Shown piece after piece: positions 38,022 to 48,337 of a stretch of 64,000 nt of DNA. The stretch is from Candidatus Omnitrophota bacterium (GTDB lineage Bacteria > Omnitrophota > Gorgyraeia > Gygaellales > Gygaellaceae). The notes under the pieces are model-generated. The model saw only the letters and a program-made list of their open reading frames with translations, was not told where the DNA came from and did no database searches. Position 1 is the first letter of the stretch; every line of letters starts with the position of its first letter. The stretch spans positions 264,124 to 328,123 of the forward strand of contig JAGYNB010000001.1 in assembly GCA_018400015.1 (NCBI GenBank), written 5' to 3'. The translations under genes were made by a program, and so were the position numbers.

Positions 38022-40571
38022 ATGCAGAGTACGTTTCCTGAGAATTTATCGATTCAAACTACATCCATTTGCAATGCTCATTGTATTTTTTGTCCTTATG
38101 AGCAGATTAAAGATAAATTTCCCGCAAAGGTTATGGATAATAGTTTGTTTAGAAAGATTATAGATGAATCTAGCTCTTATCGTCAAATCAAGAGAATAAT
38201 TCTTTATATGAATAATGAACCTTTGACTGATAAGTTTATTATTGAGCGGATTAATTATGCAAAGGAGAAAATTCCTTGGTCCAGCGTGCATTTATTGACT
38301 AACGGTAGTCTTCTGAATGATGCATTGATAAGAAATCTGCTAGATTCTCGGCTTGACTGGATTGGTTTTAGTTTACATGGGGTAAGGAAGCAGACTTTTG
38401 AAAAGACAATGGGCATAGACTATGATAAAACATTTAAAAATGTAAATAATTTTATAAACTCGGCGAAAGAAGTAAAAAATATAAAAGAATACGTAATGGT
38501 TACTTTTTTGCGCCATATATATTTAAGTGAATCTGAAAAAGAAGAAGCCTTTGCTTATTGGAAAAGCAAAGGTATAGAGAGAATTAGTTATTTTGATGGT
38601 CCTGTCAGCCGTGCCGGAAACGTAAAGAATATGCCAACGGTAAGAAATCATTCGGTTTATGGCTGTAATTCAATTTGGGCAAATGAGATGATGCATATAG
38701 TTGAGGATGGAAATGTTGTTGCCTGTTGCATGGATTGGAATAGAGAAATAAACTTAGGCAATCTTAATGCTGATTCGATTGCTCAGGTGTGGAATTCACA
38801 AAGTTACAACGAATTTAGAGAAAGAAGAGACGGTTTATTGTCTTCAGAAGAAGAATTTCTGTGTAAAAGGTGCGAAATGGCAAAGACCGGTGAAACAGAT
38901 ACTAATATCCGGACAAGAAATAGCGGCAATTTGGATATTGGATTAGTAACGCTTCCTCCTTGGGGGGTTGAGAATCCTCCTATTGGGCTGGGCTATTTAG
39001 ATTCGCACCTGAGGAACAAGGGTTTTAAGACAAAGATATTTGATTTTAATATTTTATTTCATAATAGTGTTGAAGATTCTTTAAAGATGCTTTGGCATGT
39101 GGAAAATAAAAACTATTGGAGCAATAAAGAGACATTTTCCTTGCTGGTTAATATTTTCAAGAAACAGATAGAGGAAACGGTTGCTATATTGTTGTCGTCT
39201 AATTGTAAGTTTTTTGGATTTTCTGTAGTTGATCCCAAGGAAAGAATTACAATAGAAGTTATAAAAAGAATGAAGAAGAAAGCACCTCAAATAAAAGTAA
39301 TTCTAGGCGGGCCCGCCTGTTCCAGCGATGTGCAAAGAGAATTCTTTTTGCATAATGCCCCTGGGGTTATAGATTATTTTGTTGTCGGAGAAGGAGAAGA
39401 AACTCTTGAGAAAATTATCGACAACGAGATTAAATCAATAAATCCCCCTAGGGAAAATGGTGTTGCATTTTATGAATCCAAGAAATGGCATTACATTCCA
39501 AGGGATCCGATAAAGCCCTTGGATAAAATCGGTTTCCCTAAGTATGCCGGTATCAATCTCAAGGAGTATAACGGAGGCCGTTCCCTTCTTGTAGAATGGT
39601 CCAGGGGGTGTATAGGAAATTGTAGTTTTTGTAAGAATTATCACTTGGTTAAGGGCTATCGCTTCAGAAGCCCTAAAAACATAGTAGAAGAATTAAGTTA
39701 TTTTGTAAACAATCATAATATACGCGAATTTACAGTATGCGACAGTTTAATGAATGGGAATTTTAAACAGCTCAATGACGTTTGTGATGAAATTATTAAA
39801 AAAGGAATCAATATTAGATGGTCTGGTCAAATTGCATCAAGAAAAGAAATGACTGTTGATTTATTCACTAAGATGAAAAGGGCAGGCTGTTTAAAGATGC
39901 AGATTGGTGTTGAGAGCGGTTCGGATTTAGTTTTAAAGAAAATGAATAAAATTTATACTTCGAAAATCTCCCGAAATACAGTAAGAAATGCAAATAAGGC
40001 GGGTATTGAAACGGAAATATTTATAATCATAGGTTTTCCCGGAGAATCGCATAAAGAATTTATGAAAACCTATGATTTTATAAAACATAACGCCGCCTAT
40101 ATTGATACAGTTAAATCAATTAATACGCTTCATTTAATCGCAGGCACAGAGGTTTATGAACAAAAAGAGAAGTTTGGCATAAAAGAACTTCCCAGTGAAA
40201 ACTGGCATTATCTTTGGGAGACAATAGATGGCAATAATTATTCCGTAAGGAAAGAAAGAGCACAAAAAATCTTGGATTTATGTTGGCGATTAGGTATTAA
40301 GGTTATGGAAACGAACATAAAAGAAGGCAAAGAGGCGTCAGCGACAGTTTATGAAAAAATGGCAATTCCACAAGCAGTAGAAAAATTAAAGTTTGAAATA
40401 AATAAATTACAGGGTTTGCCTCAGCAGAATAAGGTAAAAACAAAGATGAGAAGAAGTTGTCTGAAATATATTCTTCTTGTTCCTATAGTTTTCTATACTT
40501 TATTTTACATAATTTATTTCCAGTTATTTAGGTTGATAAAAGGCAGGTTTATATTAGGGGGAAGCGAATAA
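38022..40571 (+). CDS. Fusion of radical SAM/SPASM and B12-binding radical SAM domains with C-terminal hydrophobic helix
   Basis: CNAHCIFC, NEPL, CCMDW...GN...CKRC; then PPW..PPIGLGYL, GEGE, SRGCIGNCSFC, GVESGS, GFPGES; ILLVPIVFYTLFYIIYF tail. Confidence 0.9.
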   Translation: MQSTFPENLSIQTTSICNAHCIFCPYEQIKDKFPAKVMDNSLFRKIIDESSSYRQIKRIILYMNNEPLTDKFIIERINYAKEKIPWSSVHLLTNGSLLNDALIRNLLDSRLDWIGFSLHGVRKQTFEKTMGIDYDKTFKNVNNFINSAKEVKNIKEYVMVTFLRHIYLSESEKEEAFAYWKSKGIERISYFDGPVSRAGNVKNMPTVRNHSVYGCNSIWANEMMHIVEDGNVVACCMDWNREINLGNLNADSIAQVWNSQSYNEFRERRDGLLSSEEEFLCKRCEMAKTGETDTNIRTRNSGNLDIGLVTLPPWGVENPPIGLGYLDSHLRNKGFKTKIFDFNILFHNSVEDSLKMLWHVENKNYWSNKETFSLLVNIFKKQIEETVAILLSSNCKFFGFSVVDPKERITIEVIKRMKKKAPQIKVILGGPACSSDVQREFFLHNAPGVIDYFVVGEGEETLEKIIDNEIKSINPPRENGVAFYESKKWHYIPRDPIKPLDKIGFPKYAGINLKEYNGGRSLLVEWSRGCIGNCSFCKNYHLVKGYRFRSPKNIVEELSYFVNNHNIREFTVCDSLMNGNFKQLNDVCDEIIKKGINIRWSGQIASRKEMTVDLFTKMKRAGCLKMQIGVESGSDLVLKKMNKIYTSKISRNTVRNANKAGIETEIFIIIGFPGESHKEFMKTYDFIKHNAAYIDTVKSINTLHLIAGTEVYEQKEKFGIKELPSENWHYLWETIDGNNYSVRKERAQKILDLCWRLGIKVMETNIKEGKEASATVYEKMAIPQAVEKLKFEINKLQGLPQQNKVKTKMRRSCLKYILLVPIVFYTLFYIIYFQLFRLIKGRFILGGSE

Positions 40572-40676
40572 TAATGTCGGTTATTTTGTTATGCTGGAGA
40601 GAATTTTTTTAAAAAATAAAATTGATTGGTTATTCGGTAGCGGCATAGTGGATTTGAAAAACAAAAGGTAAAGATT

Positions 40677-41840
40677 ATGCGTATTTTGATGGTTCATCCC
40701 CATGATATTCATTCATCAGTTGAACCTTGGACCAGAAGAGTCAAAAGTTTAGCGGAAGAGTTCGCGAAAAGCGGGCATGAAGTAAGATTGGTTTATTTTC
40801 CTTTAAAGAAAAGAGATCCAACTAACAGTAGTAACAATCTATATGAAGAGTTTGTGTTTAATCGTAATTGTTCTTTCACTAATTTTATTAAAAATACAGT
40901 TAAGTTAATAAAATTGGCTGAGTGGTCTGATGTTATGCATTTTCAAAAATGTCATCATTACGCCTCAATCCCTACAGTCATAGCAGCTTATATAAAAAAG
41001 AAGCCGTTACATTACGATTGGGATGATTGGGAAGAAATGATTTGGTATGAATCTTGCGGGAGAGGATTACATTCTTTGTTTATAGGATTTTCTTTTAGGA
41101 TTTTGGAAAGGTTTTTGCCTGTATTTGCTGATAGTGTATCTGTAGCAAGCCATCATTTAAGAACGCTTGCTTTGAAATATGGAGTAAATGAAGATAGGAT
41201 TTGTCTTGCTCCGGTAGGGGTAGATTCTAAAGAGTTTAATCCCTCTGTTGCATCGGGAAATATTAAAGATAACTATAATATTAAAGGAAATTTAGTGCTC
41301 TATGTTGGTCAATTACATGGTGCACAGTATATTGAGTTACTTATAAAAGCGGCAAAATCTGTACTGGAGCAAAGAAAAGATACCACTTTTATGATAGTGG
41401 GTGAAGGAGTTATGGAGAGAGATTTAAGGATCCTGACCAGGGATTTGGGCATAGATGACAAGGTAATATTTACAGGATCAGTTTCACATGGCCAAATTCC
41501 GGCGTATATAAACGCAGCGGATGTGTGTGTTGCTCCTTTTAGGGATACTTTGGTTACTCGTTGTAAAAGCCCTTTGAAGATAGTGGAATATTGTTCATGC
41601 GCCAAGGCGATAGTTGCAAGCAATGTAGGGGAAGTGAGAAGGATGCTGGGGGGAGTTGCCGTATTGGTTGAGCCGGGTAATTTCCAAGCTTTATCAGAAG
41701 GAATCTTGCGACTTTTGAATGAGAAGCAGTTAAGAGCTAATCTGGGAAAATTTGCACGTCTTCGCGTAGAGAAGCATTATAATTGGGCAAATACAGCAGG
41801 GGCAATATTTTCTTTATACCAAAGAATCTGCATAAAATAA
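40677..41840 (+). CDS. GT4 glycosyltransferase
   Basis: GT-B motifs YVGQL, IVGEG, SPLKIVEY, IVASNVG; YDWDDWE. Confidence 0.9.
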   Translation: MRILMVHPHDIHSSVEPWTRRVKSLAEEFAKSGHEVRLVYFPLKKRDPTNSSNNLYEEFVFNRNCSFTNFIKNTVKLIKLAEWSDVMHFQKCHHYASIPTVIAAYIKKKPLHYDWDDWEEMIWYESCGRGLHSLFIGFSFRILERFLPVFADSVSVASHHLRTLALKYGVNEDRICLAPVGVDSKEFNPSVASGNIKDNYNIKGNLVLYVGQLHGAQYIELLIKAAKSVLEQRKDTTFMIVGEGVMERDLRILTRDLGIDDKVIFTGSVSHGQIPAYINAADVCVAPFRDTLVTRCKSPLKIVEYCSCAKAIVASNVGEVRRMLGGVAVLVEPGNFQALSEGILRLLNEKQLRANLGKFARLRVEKHYNWANTAGAIFSLYQRICIK

Positions 41841-41850
41841 AATATTCATT

Positions 41851-42957
41851 GTGAAAATCTTATTTATAACAAGAGAAGGATATAAAATGGCGGGAGCCAG
41901 AATTCGTTGTTATAATTTTTCAAGAAATCTTATTGCCCGCGGCATTGATGCGCAGGTTGTGTCTTTTAAGGATGGTTTTGGCGCGTTTGACGGTGCAGAA
42001 GAATCAAAAATGACATTGAATGACAAAATAAGAGCAAATTTAAAGGTTTTAAATTATATAAGGCAGCAGAAGGACATAATCTTATTGATTCAGCGGTTTA
42101 ATTATCATTCTTTTGCACCTTTCTTGATGCATATTTTTGCAAAAACGAAAACTATTTTTGATCTTGATGATTGGGAAATGGATGAAAACCCAAGATATCA
42201 TTTTGGTTTTTATCCATCATCAAAAGCCCATTTTTTTTCAAAGGTTATCGCAAAAAGAAGTAATTTTTGTATAGGGGCCAGTAGGTTTTTGCAGGATTTT
42301 TTAAGCCTTTCAAACAAAAAAAGTTATTATCTTCCATCAGGCGTAGACACGGAAAAGTTTTATCCTGTTTATGATAATTTGAATAACCGGGAGTTTGTTT
42401 TTGCTTGGATAGGGACATTGAATAGAATGGAGTATATAGAGAATTTAGAGTCGCTTTTTCGTTGTTTTCAACAGGTAAGAAGAGTTTATCCATTTGTTTA
42501 TCTTGATATTATCGGTTCTGGTATATATGAGGTTGAATTAAAGGAAATAGTAAGGCTTATTGGAGATTCCCATATAAGGTTAAAAGGGTGGATTGATCCC
42601 GATAAGGTTAATAGTTATTTGGCATCGGTTAATGTTGCTGTTATGCCAATGGTGAGATCAAATAATTTTAATTTTTCCAAAAGCCCTGTTAAGCTTTTTG
42701 AGTATATGTCAACAGGAAAACCCGTTGTTGCAAGCAGTATAGGAGAAGCAAGCAAAATAATCCAAGACGGATCAAACGGTTTTTTGGCAAAAACAGAGAA
42801 AGAATTTACAGAAAAGATGCTTATTTTGGTCAATGACCCTGAGTTGTGTATAAAGCTGGGCAAAGAAGCTGTCAGAACAATTGAACAAAATTATTCATTA
42901 AATATCTTGGGTGATAAGTTGTATAACATGATTTTAGAGAATATACAATGTTCTTGA
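41851..42957 (+). CDS. GT4 glycosyltransferase
   Basis: GARIRC, FDLDDWE, WIGT, SPVKLFEYMSTGKPVVAS. Confidence 0.9.
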   Translation: MKILFITREGYKMAGARIRCYNFSRNLIARGIDAQVVSFKDGFGAFDGAEESKMTLNDKIRANLKVLNYIRQQKDIILLIQRFNYHSFAPFLMHIFAKTKTIFDLDDWEMDENPRYHFGFYPSSKAHFFSKVIAKRSNFCIGASRFLQDFLSLSNKKSYYLPSGVDTEKFYPVYDNLNNREFVFAWIGTLNRMEYIENLESLFRCFQQVRRVYPFVYLDIIGSGIYEVELKEIVRLIGDSHIRLKGWIDPDKVNSYLASVNVAVMPMVRSNNFNFSKSPVKLFEYMSTGKPVVASSIGEASKIIQDGSNGFLAKTEKEFTEKMLILVNDPELCIKLGKEAVRTIEQNYSLNILGDKLYNMILENIQCS

Positions 42958-43805
42958 GCATAGTTATTTTAACATTTAACAGCGGAGATTTTATAAAAAG
43001 ATGCCTTGATTCTTTGTTCTCTAATGTCTTAGAAGATACAGAAGTTATAGTTGTGGATAATGCTTCGACTGACAAGACAAAGGAGATTCTTAAATTATAT
43101 TCGTCTAAGTTACGATTTATCGCGAACGAAAGCAATCTTGGTTCCTGCGCAGGCAGAAATATTGCTATTGATAATTCTTCTGGTGATTGGATATTATTTT
43201 TGGACTGTGATATAGTCTTGCATAAAGATTTTATTGAGCAGATTATTCTTAAAATTAAATCTGTTTCAGGCCGGGTTGGTGCGGTTCAGCCGTTGATTCT
43301 TAAATCTGATTCAGAAACTATTTATTCTTGTGGAATTCGTCTTACTTTTCTTAGAAGGTTTTTTGATATTGGCAGGGATAAATCCGACAGAAGAAAATTT
43401 GCCTGTGAGAGAAGTATTTTTGGAGCATGTTCCGCAGCATCCGTTTATAGACGTAATATGATCGAGCAGATAAAAGATCAGTATGGTTATTTTGATGAGC
43501 GTTTTTTCTTTTTAGTAGAAGATGTAGATTTGTCGTGGCGCGCCAGAAAAAAAGGCTGGGAGACATTATTTTTTCCTGGTGCAAAATGTATCCATGCCGG
43601 CAACAGCTCATATTTTTCAAAACACTTAAGGCAGTATCTCAGTTTCCGCAATAGATACTATATGATATTAAAGAATGAAAATAAATATTTCCTTCTGCTA
43701 AAATCATTATTTTATATTTTTTACGATGTCCCCAGATTGGTTTTTTTATTATTTACTAATCCGTATATTTATCAGCGAAAGCTGAAATTATCCCAGCAGT
43801 ATTAA
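42948..43805 (+). CDS. GT2 glycosyltransferase
   Basis: VVDNASTD, FLDCD, FDERFFFLVEDVDLSWRA. Confidence 0.92.
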   Translation: MFLSIVILTFNSGDFIKRCLDSLFSNVLEDTEVIVVDNASTDKTKEILKLYSSKLRFIANESNLGSCAGRNIAIDNSSGDWILFLDCDIVLHKDFIEQIILKIKSVSGRVGAVQPLILKSDSETIYSCGIRLTFLRRFFDIGRDKSDRRKFACERSIFGACSAASVYRRNMIEQIKDQYGYFDERFFFLVEDVDLSWRARKKGWETLFFPGAKCIHAGNSSYFSKHLRQYLSFRNRYYMILKNENKYFLLLKSLFYIFYDVPRLVFLLFTNPYIYQRKLKLSQQY

Positions 43806-43871
43806 CTTTCTTACCAGGTATGAGTTTATTCAGGGATAGCAGACTGATTATTTTTTTGCAAGTTAGAATAG

Positions 43872-44834
43872 ATGACTATAAATAAATTGATAAATAATAT
43901 GAAAATATGTTGTGTAATTGTGGCTTATAAAAATAAGCAATCATTGTTTAAATGCGTTTCTTGTGTTTTTGAACAATCGCTGGCAGTCAGCGATATAGTT
44001 ATTGTAAATAATCACGGCACGTTAGAGGATAATTTTAATTCAAGGATACCGATAACTATTATTAATAATTCAAACAATCTATTCTATGGAGTTTCGTTAA
44101 ATATTGCCATAAATAAGGTTCGGGCAGATTTTTATATTTGTTTAAATGACGACGCTTATATAGATAATAATTTTGTTAAAGAAGCAATCAAAGGGTTCGA
44201 CATTGGGGAAGATATTGGCATGGTCTGCGGTAAAGTTTTATCTTCTGATGGGATGAGAATAGATTCTGCTGGGTTATTTCTAGGATTAGCCAGGCAGCCT
44301 GTTGATAGAGGTCATCAAAAAGCCACAGCCGCAAGTTTTAATAATCAAAATTATGTTTTTGGTGTTCCCGGGGCTGTTGCTTTTTACAGAAAAACCATGT
44401 TGGATAGTGTTCGTATAGGAAGTGATTATTTTGATTCGGAGTATAAAATGTTTTATGAAGATATAGATCTGTGCTGGCGCGCCAATAGGTTAGGATGGCG
44501 TGCCTATTATGTTCCTTCGGCGCTTGCTTATCATCAAAGAGGGTTGAGTGCAAGAACTAACGATGGAGTTGGTAGAAGATTTGGCCGAAGGTTTTTAAAT
44601 AAAGAACTACATTTTGAATTGATCAAAAATAGATATCTTACGATAATAAAGAATGAAACCATTGCTGGTTTCTTAAGCCATATGTTGTTTATTATTGTTT
44701 ATGAGGCTGTTATTTGGTTGTATATTATTATTTTTAATCCTCTTATCGCCATGAATTTCATTCGGTTATTTTCGCTTAAGAAGGCTTTTAGAAAAAGGAA
44801 GCTGATAAATAATTTAGTTCTTAAAAAAAGTTAA
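43872..44834 (+). CDS. GT2 glycosyltransferase (true start may be ATG 43899)
   Basis: CLNDDA, FDSEYKMFYEDIDLCWRA..GW, KNRYL. Confidence 0.9.
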   Translation: MTINKLINNMKICCVIVAYKNKQSLFKCVSCVFEQSLAVSDIVIVNNHGTLEDNFNSRIPITIINNSNNLFYGVSLNIAINKVRADFYICLNDDAYIDNNFVKEAIKGFDIGEDIGMVCGKVLSSDGMRIDSAGLFLGLARQPVDRGHQKATAASFNNQNYVFGVPGAVAFYRKTMLDSVRIGSDYFDSEYKMFYEDIDLCWRANRLGWRAYYVPSALAYHQRGLSARTNDGVGRRFGRRFLNKELHFELIKNRYLTIIKNETIAGFLSHMLFIIVYEAVIWLYIIIFNPLIAMNFIRLFSLKKAFRKRKLINNLVLKKS

Positions 44835-44858
44835 TTATATAATTTTATATTTAAATAC

Positions 44859-45989
44859 ATGAAGCGTATAAAAATACTTTTTATTATAACTTATCTTGAA
44901 CTTGGCGGTGCACAGAAGCAGTTGTTGTCGATATTGCAGTCGTTAGATAAAAAGCGTTATGATATTCATTTGTTTGCCGGTTCCTGCGGGTACCTTTTGG
45001 ATAAATTTAAAAATTTACAAGGCGTCACTTTAAAGCTATCTTCACATCTTAGGAGAGAAATAAGTTTATCTTGTGATCTAGCTTCCTTTCTGGAGATCTA
45101 TCATTATGTTAAGGTAAATGGATTCGATATAGTCCATTTGCACTCTCCCAAAGCTTCCTTTTTGGGGCGTTGGGCTGCATATTTAGCAGGCGCAAAAAAT
45201 ATTATATACACAGTGCATGGGTGGCCATTCCATGCTTTTATGAATCCTTTTTTGTTTTCTCTATATTGGATTATTGAGTTTAGCAGCGCCAGGATCACCA
45301 AGAAAATCATTGTAGTTTCCAAGGCAGATCTTAAGACCGGAATTACAAAATTCATAGCTGGGGAAAAAAAACTCGAGCTTATTTATTACGGTATTGATAT
45401 AGATAAATTCCATTCTATATCTTGCCATAGAAGAAATAGCTTTATAGACAATAAAACTATTATGGTCGTGTCTTCTTTTAAGAAACAAAAAGGCCTTAAT
45501 GATTTTCTGGTAGTTGTGAGTTTGCTTTTAAGGCAATTACCCGATACAAAGTTTATTCTTATTGGTAAAGGTCCTTTGTTTTCTGCTGTAAAAGATAAGT
45601 TAAAAAAAGAAAGTCTTGAAGGGTCTGTGGAGATGGTTGGCTGGCAGGAAAATATAGATATTTATTATGAAAAAGCCTCGCTATTATTATTAACATCCTT
45701 ATGGGAAGGTCTACCTGTTTGTTTGATTGAAGCGGTGGTTGCTGGTTTGCCTGTTGTATGCACTGATACAGGAGGGGTTAAGGATTTAATAAAAAATGCT
45801 GATAATGGAATAATAGTGCAGGTAAAGGATATCCTGGGCTTAAAAAATGCATGTTTAGACATGCTAGAAAACTATTCTGATTGGTATAAGAAAATAGTAA
45901 AATACAGATTTGATATTGATGTTTCTATCTGGAGCGATGATAGAATGTTAAGGCAACTGCAGGAAATTTATAGCGATATAGTTGAATAA
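44859..45989 (+). CDS. GT4 glycosyltransferase
   Basis: GGAQKQL, HSPKA, YTVHG, KQKG, SLWEGLPVCLIEA..GLPVV. Confidence 0.92.
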   Translation: MKRIKILFIITYLELGGAQKQLLSILQSLDKKRYDIHLFAGSCGYLLDKFKNLQGVTLKLSSHLRREISLSCDLASFLEIYHYVKVNGFDIVHLHSPKASFLGRWAAYLAGAKNIIYTVHGWPFHAFMNPFLFSLYWIIEFSSARITKKIIVVSKADLKTGITKFIAGEKKLELIYYGIDIDKFHSISCHRRNSFIDNKTIMVVSSFKKQKGLNDFLVVVSLLLRQLPDTKFILIGKGPLFSAVKDKLKKESLEGSVEMVGWQENIDIYYEKASLLLLTSLWEGLPVCLIEAVVAGLPVVCTDTGGVKDLIKNADNGIIVQVKDILGLKNACLDMLENYSDWYKKIVKYRFDIDVSIWSDDRMLRQLQEIYSDIVE

Positions 45990-46017
45990 ATAACCTATTG
46001 TGTTAGAATAAATTACG

Positions 46018-47010
46018 ATGAAAATCGCATTATTTTTTATATTCAGTCTTGTTTTGAATGCAATATTGTTGAGTTTTGCTAATAAATTCGGTATAAAGTT
46101 TTCCTTATTCGGCAGGGAAAGGAAGATACCATTTACTGGAGGGCTAGCTATATTTTTAGGGTTTATTATATCTTTTGTTTGTATTGTTTTTTTTACTGAT
46201 TTAGTTTTTTCTTTTCAAGTCGTATGGTTCTTAGTTTTTTCTCTATTGATAATTATTGTTGAAACTGTAGATGATTTAAAGGATCTTTCTCTTAAGGCGA
46301 GGATATTTATACAGGTTTTAATAGTTTTTTTGTTTTTACTATTCTCAAAAAGGATTCAGATATATTTTCTCCCTGGTTGGTTAAATTATCTTGTTTCATT
46401 CATTTGGATAATAGGTATAACCAATGCTTTTAATCTTTTGGACATAGAAGATGGTTTATGCGGGGGAGTTAGTATTATAGTAGCAGCTTCATTATTAGTT
46501 ATTGCTTTGTTGAAAGTAGATTTGTTGATAATTTATTTGCTTTTGAGTCTGTTGCCTTCATTAATCGTATTTATATTTTTTAATTTCCCGCCAGCTAGGA
46601 TATTTATGGGCAATGCAGGAAGTCATTTCTTGGGTTTTTCTATAGCCGTTTTTTGCATTCAACAAGATTATGCCTTACCAAGCAATAAGATTTCTTTGCT
46701 GATTCCTTTTTTATTCTTAGTTGCGCCGATAATGGATACAATATATCTTGTTATCTCAAGAATAAGAAATAAAATACATCCTTTAAGAAAAAGCCCCGAT
46801 CATATATTCTTGCATCTTTTATCTAAAGGGTACTCTAAAAGGAAAATGTTGTTTTTGGTTTATTCTGTGACTTTACTTTGGTGTATGAGTGCAATAACGC
46901 TTTTTGAAGGGTTTAATTATATTTTTATCGTTTTGTTATTTCTTGCTGTTTTCTTAAGTGTGGTTGTTTATTTTATGGCTATTGGTGTAAAAGTTAATAA
47001 CAGTAGTTAA
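46018..47010 (+). CDS. MraY/WecA-family undecaprenyl-phosphate sugar-1-phosphate transferase
   Basis: P..GGLAIF, VDDL, TNAFNLLDIEDGL, FNFPPARIFMGNAGS, PDHIFLHL. Confidence 0.85.
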   Translation: MKIALFFIFSLVLNAILLSFANKFGIKFSLFGRERKIPFTGGLAIFLGFIISFVCIVFFTDLVFSFQVVWFLVFSLLIIIVETVDDLKDLSLKARIFIQVLIVFLFLLFSKRIQIYFLPGWLNYLVSFIWIIGITNAFNLLDIEDGLCGGVSIIVAASLLVIALLKVDLLIIYLLLSLLPSLIVFIFFNFPPARIFMGNAGSHFLGFSIAVFCIQQDYALPSNKISLLIPFLFLVAPIMDTIYLVISRIRNKIHPLRKSPDHIFLHLLSKGYSKRKMLFLVYSVTLLWCMSAITLFEGFNYIFIVLLFLAVFLSVVVYFMAIGVKVNNSS

Positions 47011-47052
47011 TTTTTTTCGTTACAATATATACGTTATGTTAGTTAAAATAAT

Positions 47053-48321
47053 ATGGATATAAAAACTTTAAATCTTATTATATTTGTGACTGCGTATCTT
47101 TTGATTGTTTTATTTACCAAAAAAAGAACGTTTATATCTATAGTTGCCGCAATATTATTAATATTAACTGGTTGTCTTTCTTTTCAGGAAGCATTATTTT
47201 CAATAAACTGGAATGTATTGGGTATATTTGTAGGCATGCTTTTCGTTGCTGATATATTTATGGAAAGCAAAGTGCCGGCGTATCTTGCAGAAGTAATCAT
47301 AGATCGTTCTAAGAATGTCAGCTGGGCAATTCTTTTTATCTGTATTTTAAGCGGAGTCATTTCAGCATTTTTAGAAAATGTCGCAACTGTGATTATTATT
47401 GCGCCTATTGCCTTGTCTATGGCAAAAAAGCTTAATTTCAATCCTGTAAAGATGATGATAGCAATTGCTATATCGAGTAATCTTCAAGGGGCAGCGACTT
47501 TGGTGGGGGATCCTCCGAGTATGCTTTTAGGTGGTTTTGCCAAAATGAATTTTGCCCATTTCTTTTTCTATCAAGGGAAGCCCAGTATTTTCTTTGCCGT
47601 GGAGTTGGGGGCTGTGGTTTCATTTGCCGTTTTGTATTTGATTTTTAGAAACAGAAAAGAAAAACCTTTATTCTTGCCTTTAGAAAAGGTGCGTTCCTGG
47701 GTGCCTACGGTTATTCTTGGTGTATTGATTTTATTATTGGCCTTGACATCTTTTGTAGATCTTGAGTTTTCCTATATGGCGGGTATTTTATGTATGATGT
47801 TTGCTTTGGTTAGTTTAATCTACAAGAGGTTAATTGTAAAAGAAAGCATAATAAACAATTTTAAGTTTTTTGACTGGGATACATCAGTTTTTTTGGTAGC
47901 GATTTTTGTTCTTGTGGGCAGTCTTCAGGTCAATGGATGGATTGATATCATATCTTCCAAGATTTCAGGCATAATCGGCGCAAATGTACTCTTAGGTTTT
48001 ATACTCATAATATTATTTTCTATTATTTTTTCAGCTTTTATCGACAACGTACCATTTCTGGCAGCTATGCTACCTGTGGCTATAGGTATTTCTGCTAATT
48101 TGAACATAAATCCGACTTTGTTTTTATTCGCTTTGCTAATCGGTGCCAGTCTCGGCGGGAATATAACCCCGATTGGCGCATCGGCAAATATAGTAGCCTG
48201 CGGCTTGCTTAAAAAAGAGGGTTATAACGTAAGCTTTAGAGAATTTGCCTGCATAGGATTACCTTTTACCATTGCAGCGACTTTGGCTGCGTCAATATTT
48301 GTTTGGTTTATCTGGAGTTAA
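47053..48321 (+). CDS. ArsB/NhaD/SLC13-type ion permease (second homolog)
   Basis: SAFLENV, SNLQGAATLVGDPPS, SAFIDNVP, LGGNITPIGASAN. Confidence 0.9.
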   Translation: MDIKTLNLIIFVTAYLLIVLFTKKRTFISIVAAILLILTGCLSFQEALFSINWNVLGIFVGMLFVADIFMESKVPAYLAEVIIDRSKNVSWAILFICILSGVISAFLENVATVIIIAPIALSMAKKLNFNPVKMMIAIAISSNLQGAATLVGDPPSMLLGGFAKMNFAHFFFYQGKPSIFFAVELGAVVSFAVLYLIFRNRKEKPLFLPLEKVRSWVPTVILGVLILLLALTSFVDLEFSYMAGILCMMFALVSLIYKRLIVKESIINNFKFFDWDTSVFLVAIFVLVGSLQVNGWIDIISSKISGIIGANVLLGFILIILFSIIFSAFIDNVPFLAAMLPVAIGISANLNINPTLFLFALLIGASLGGNITPIGASANIVACGLLKKEGYNVSFREFACIGLPFTIAATLAASIFVWFIWS

Positions 48322-48337
48322 AAATTTAAAGTCGCTC

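Noticed and set aside
30339-40571. RiPP cluster interpretation of the SPASM enzymes
   Set aside because: No precursor peptide, RRE/PqqD domain or peptidase-exporter seen in the locus; the CBM, Wzm/Wzt and glycosyltransferases point to glycan.
40572-40676. Possible ops/JUMPstart element (TTCGGTAGCGGC) or small ORF before the glycosyltransferases
   Set aside because: Only a partial match to GGCGGTAG; the short ORF has no SD or motif.
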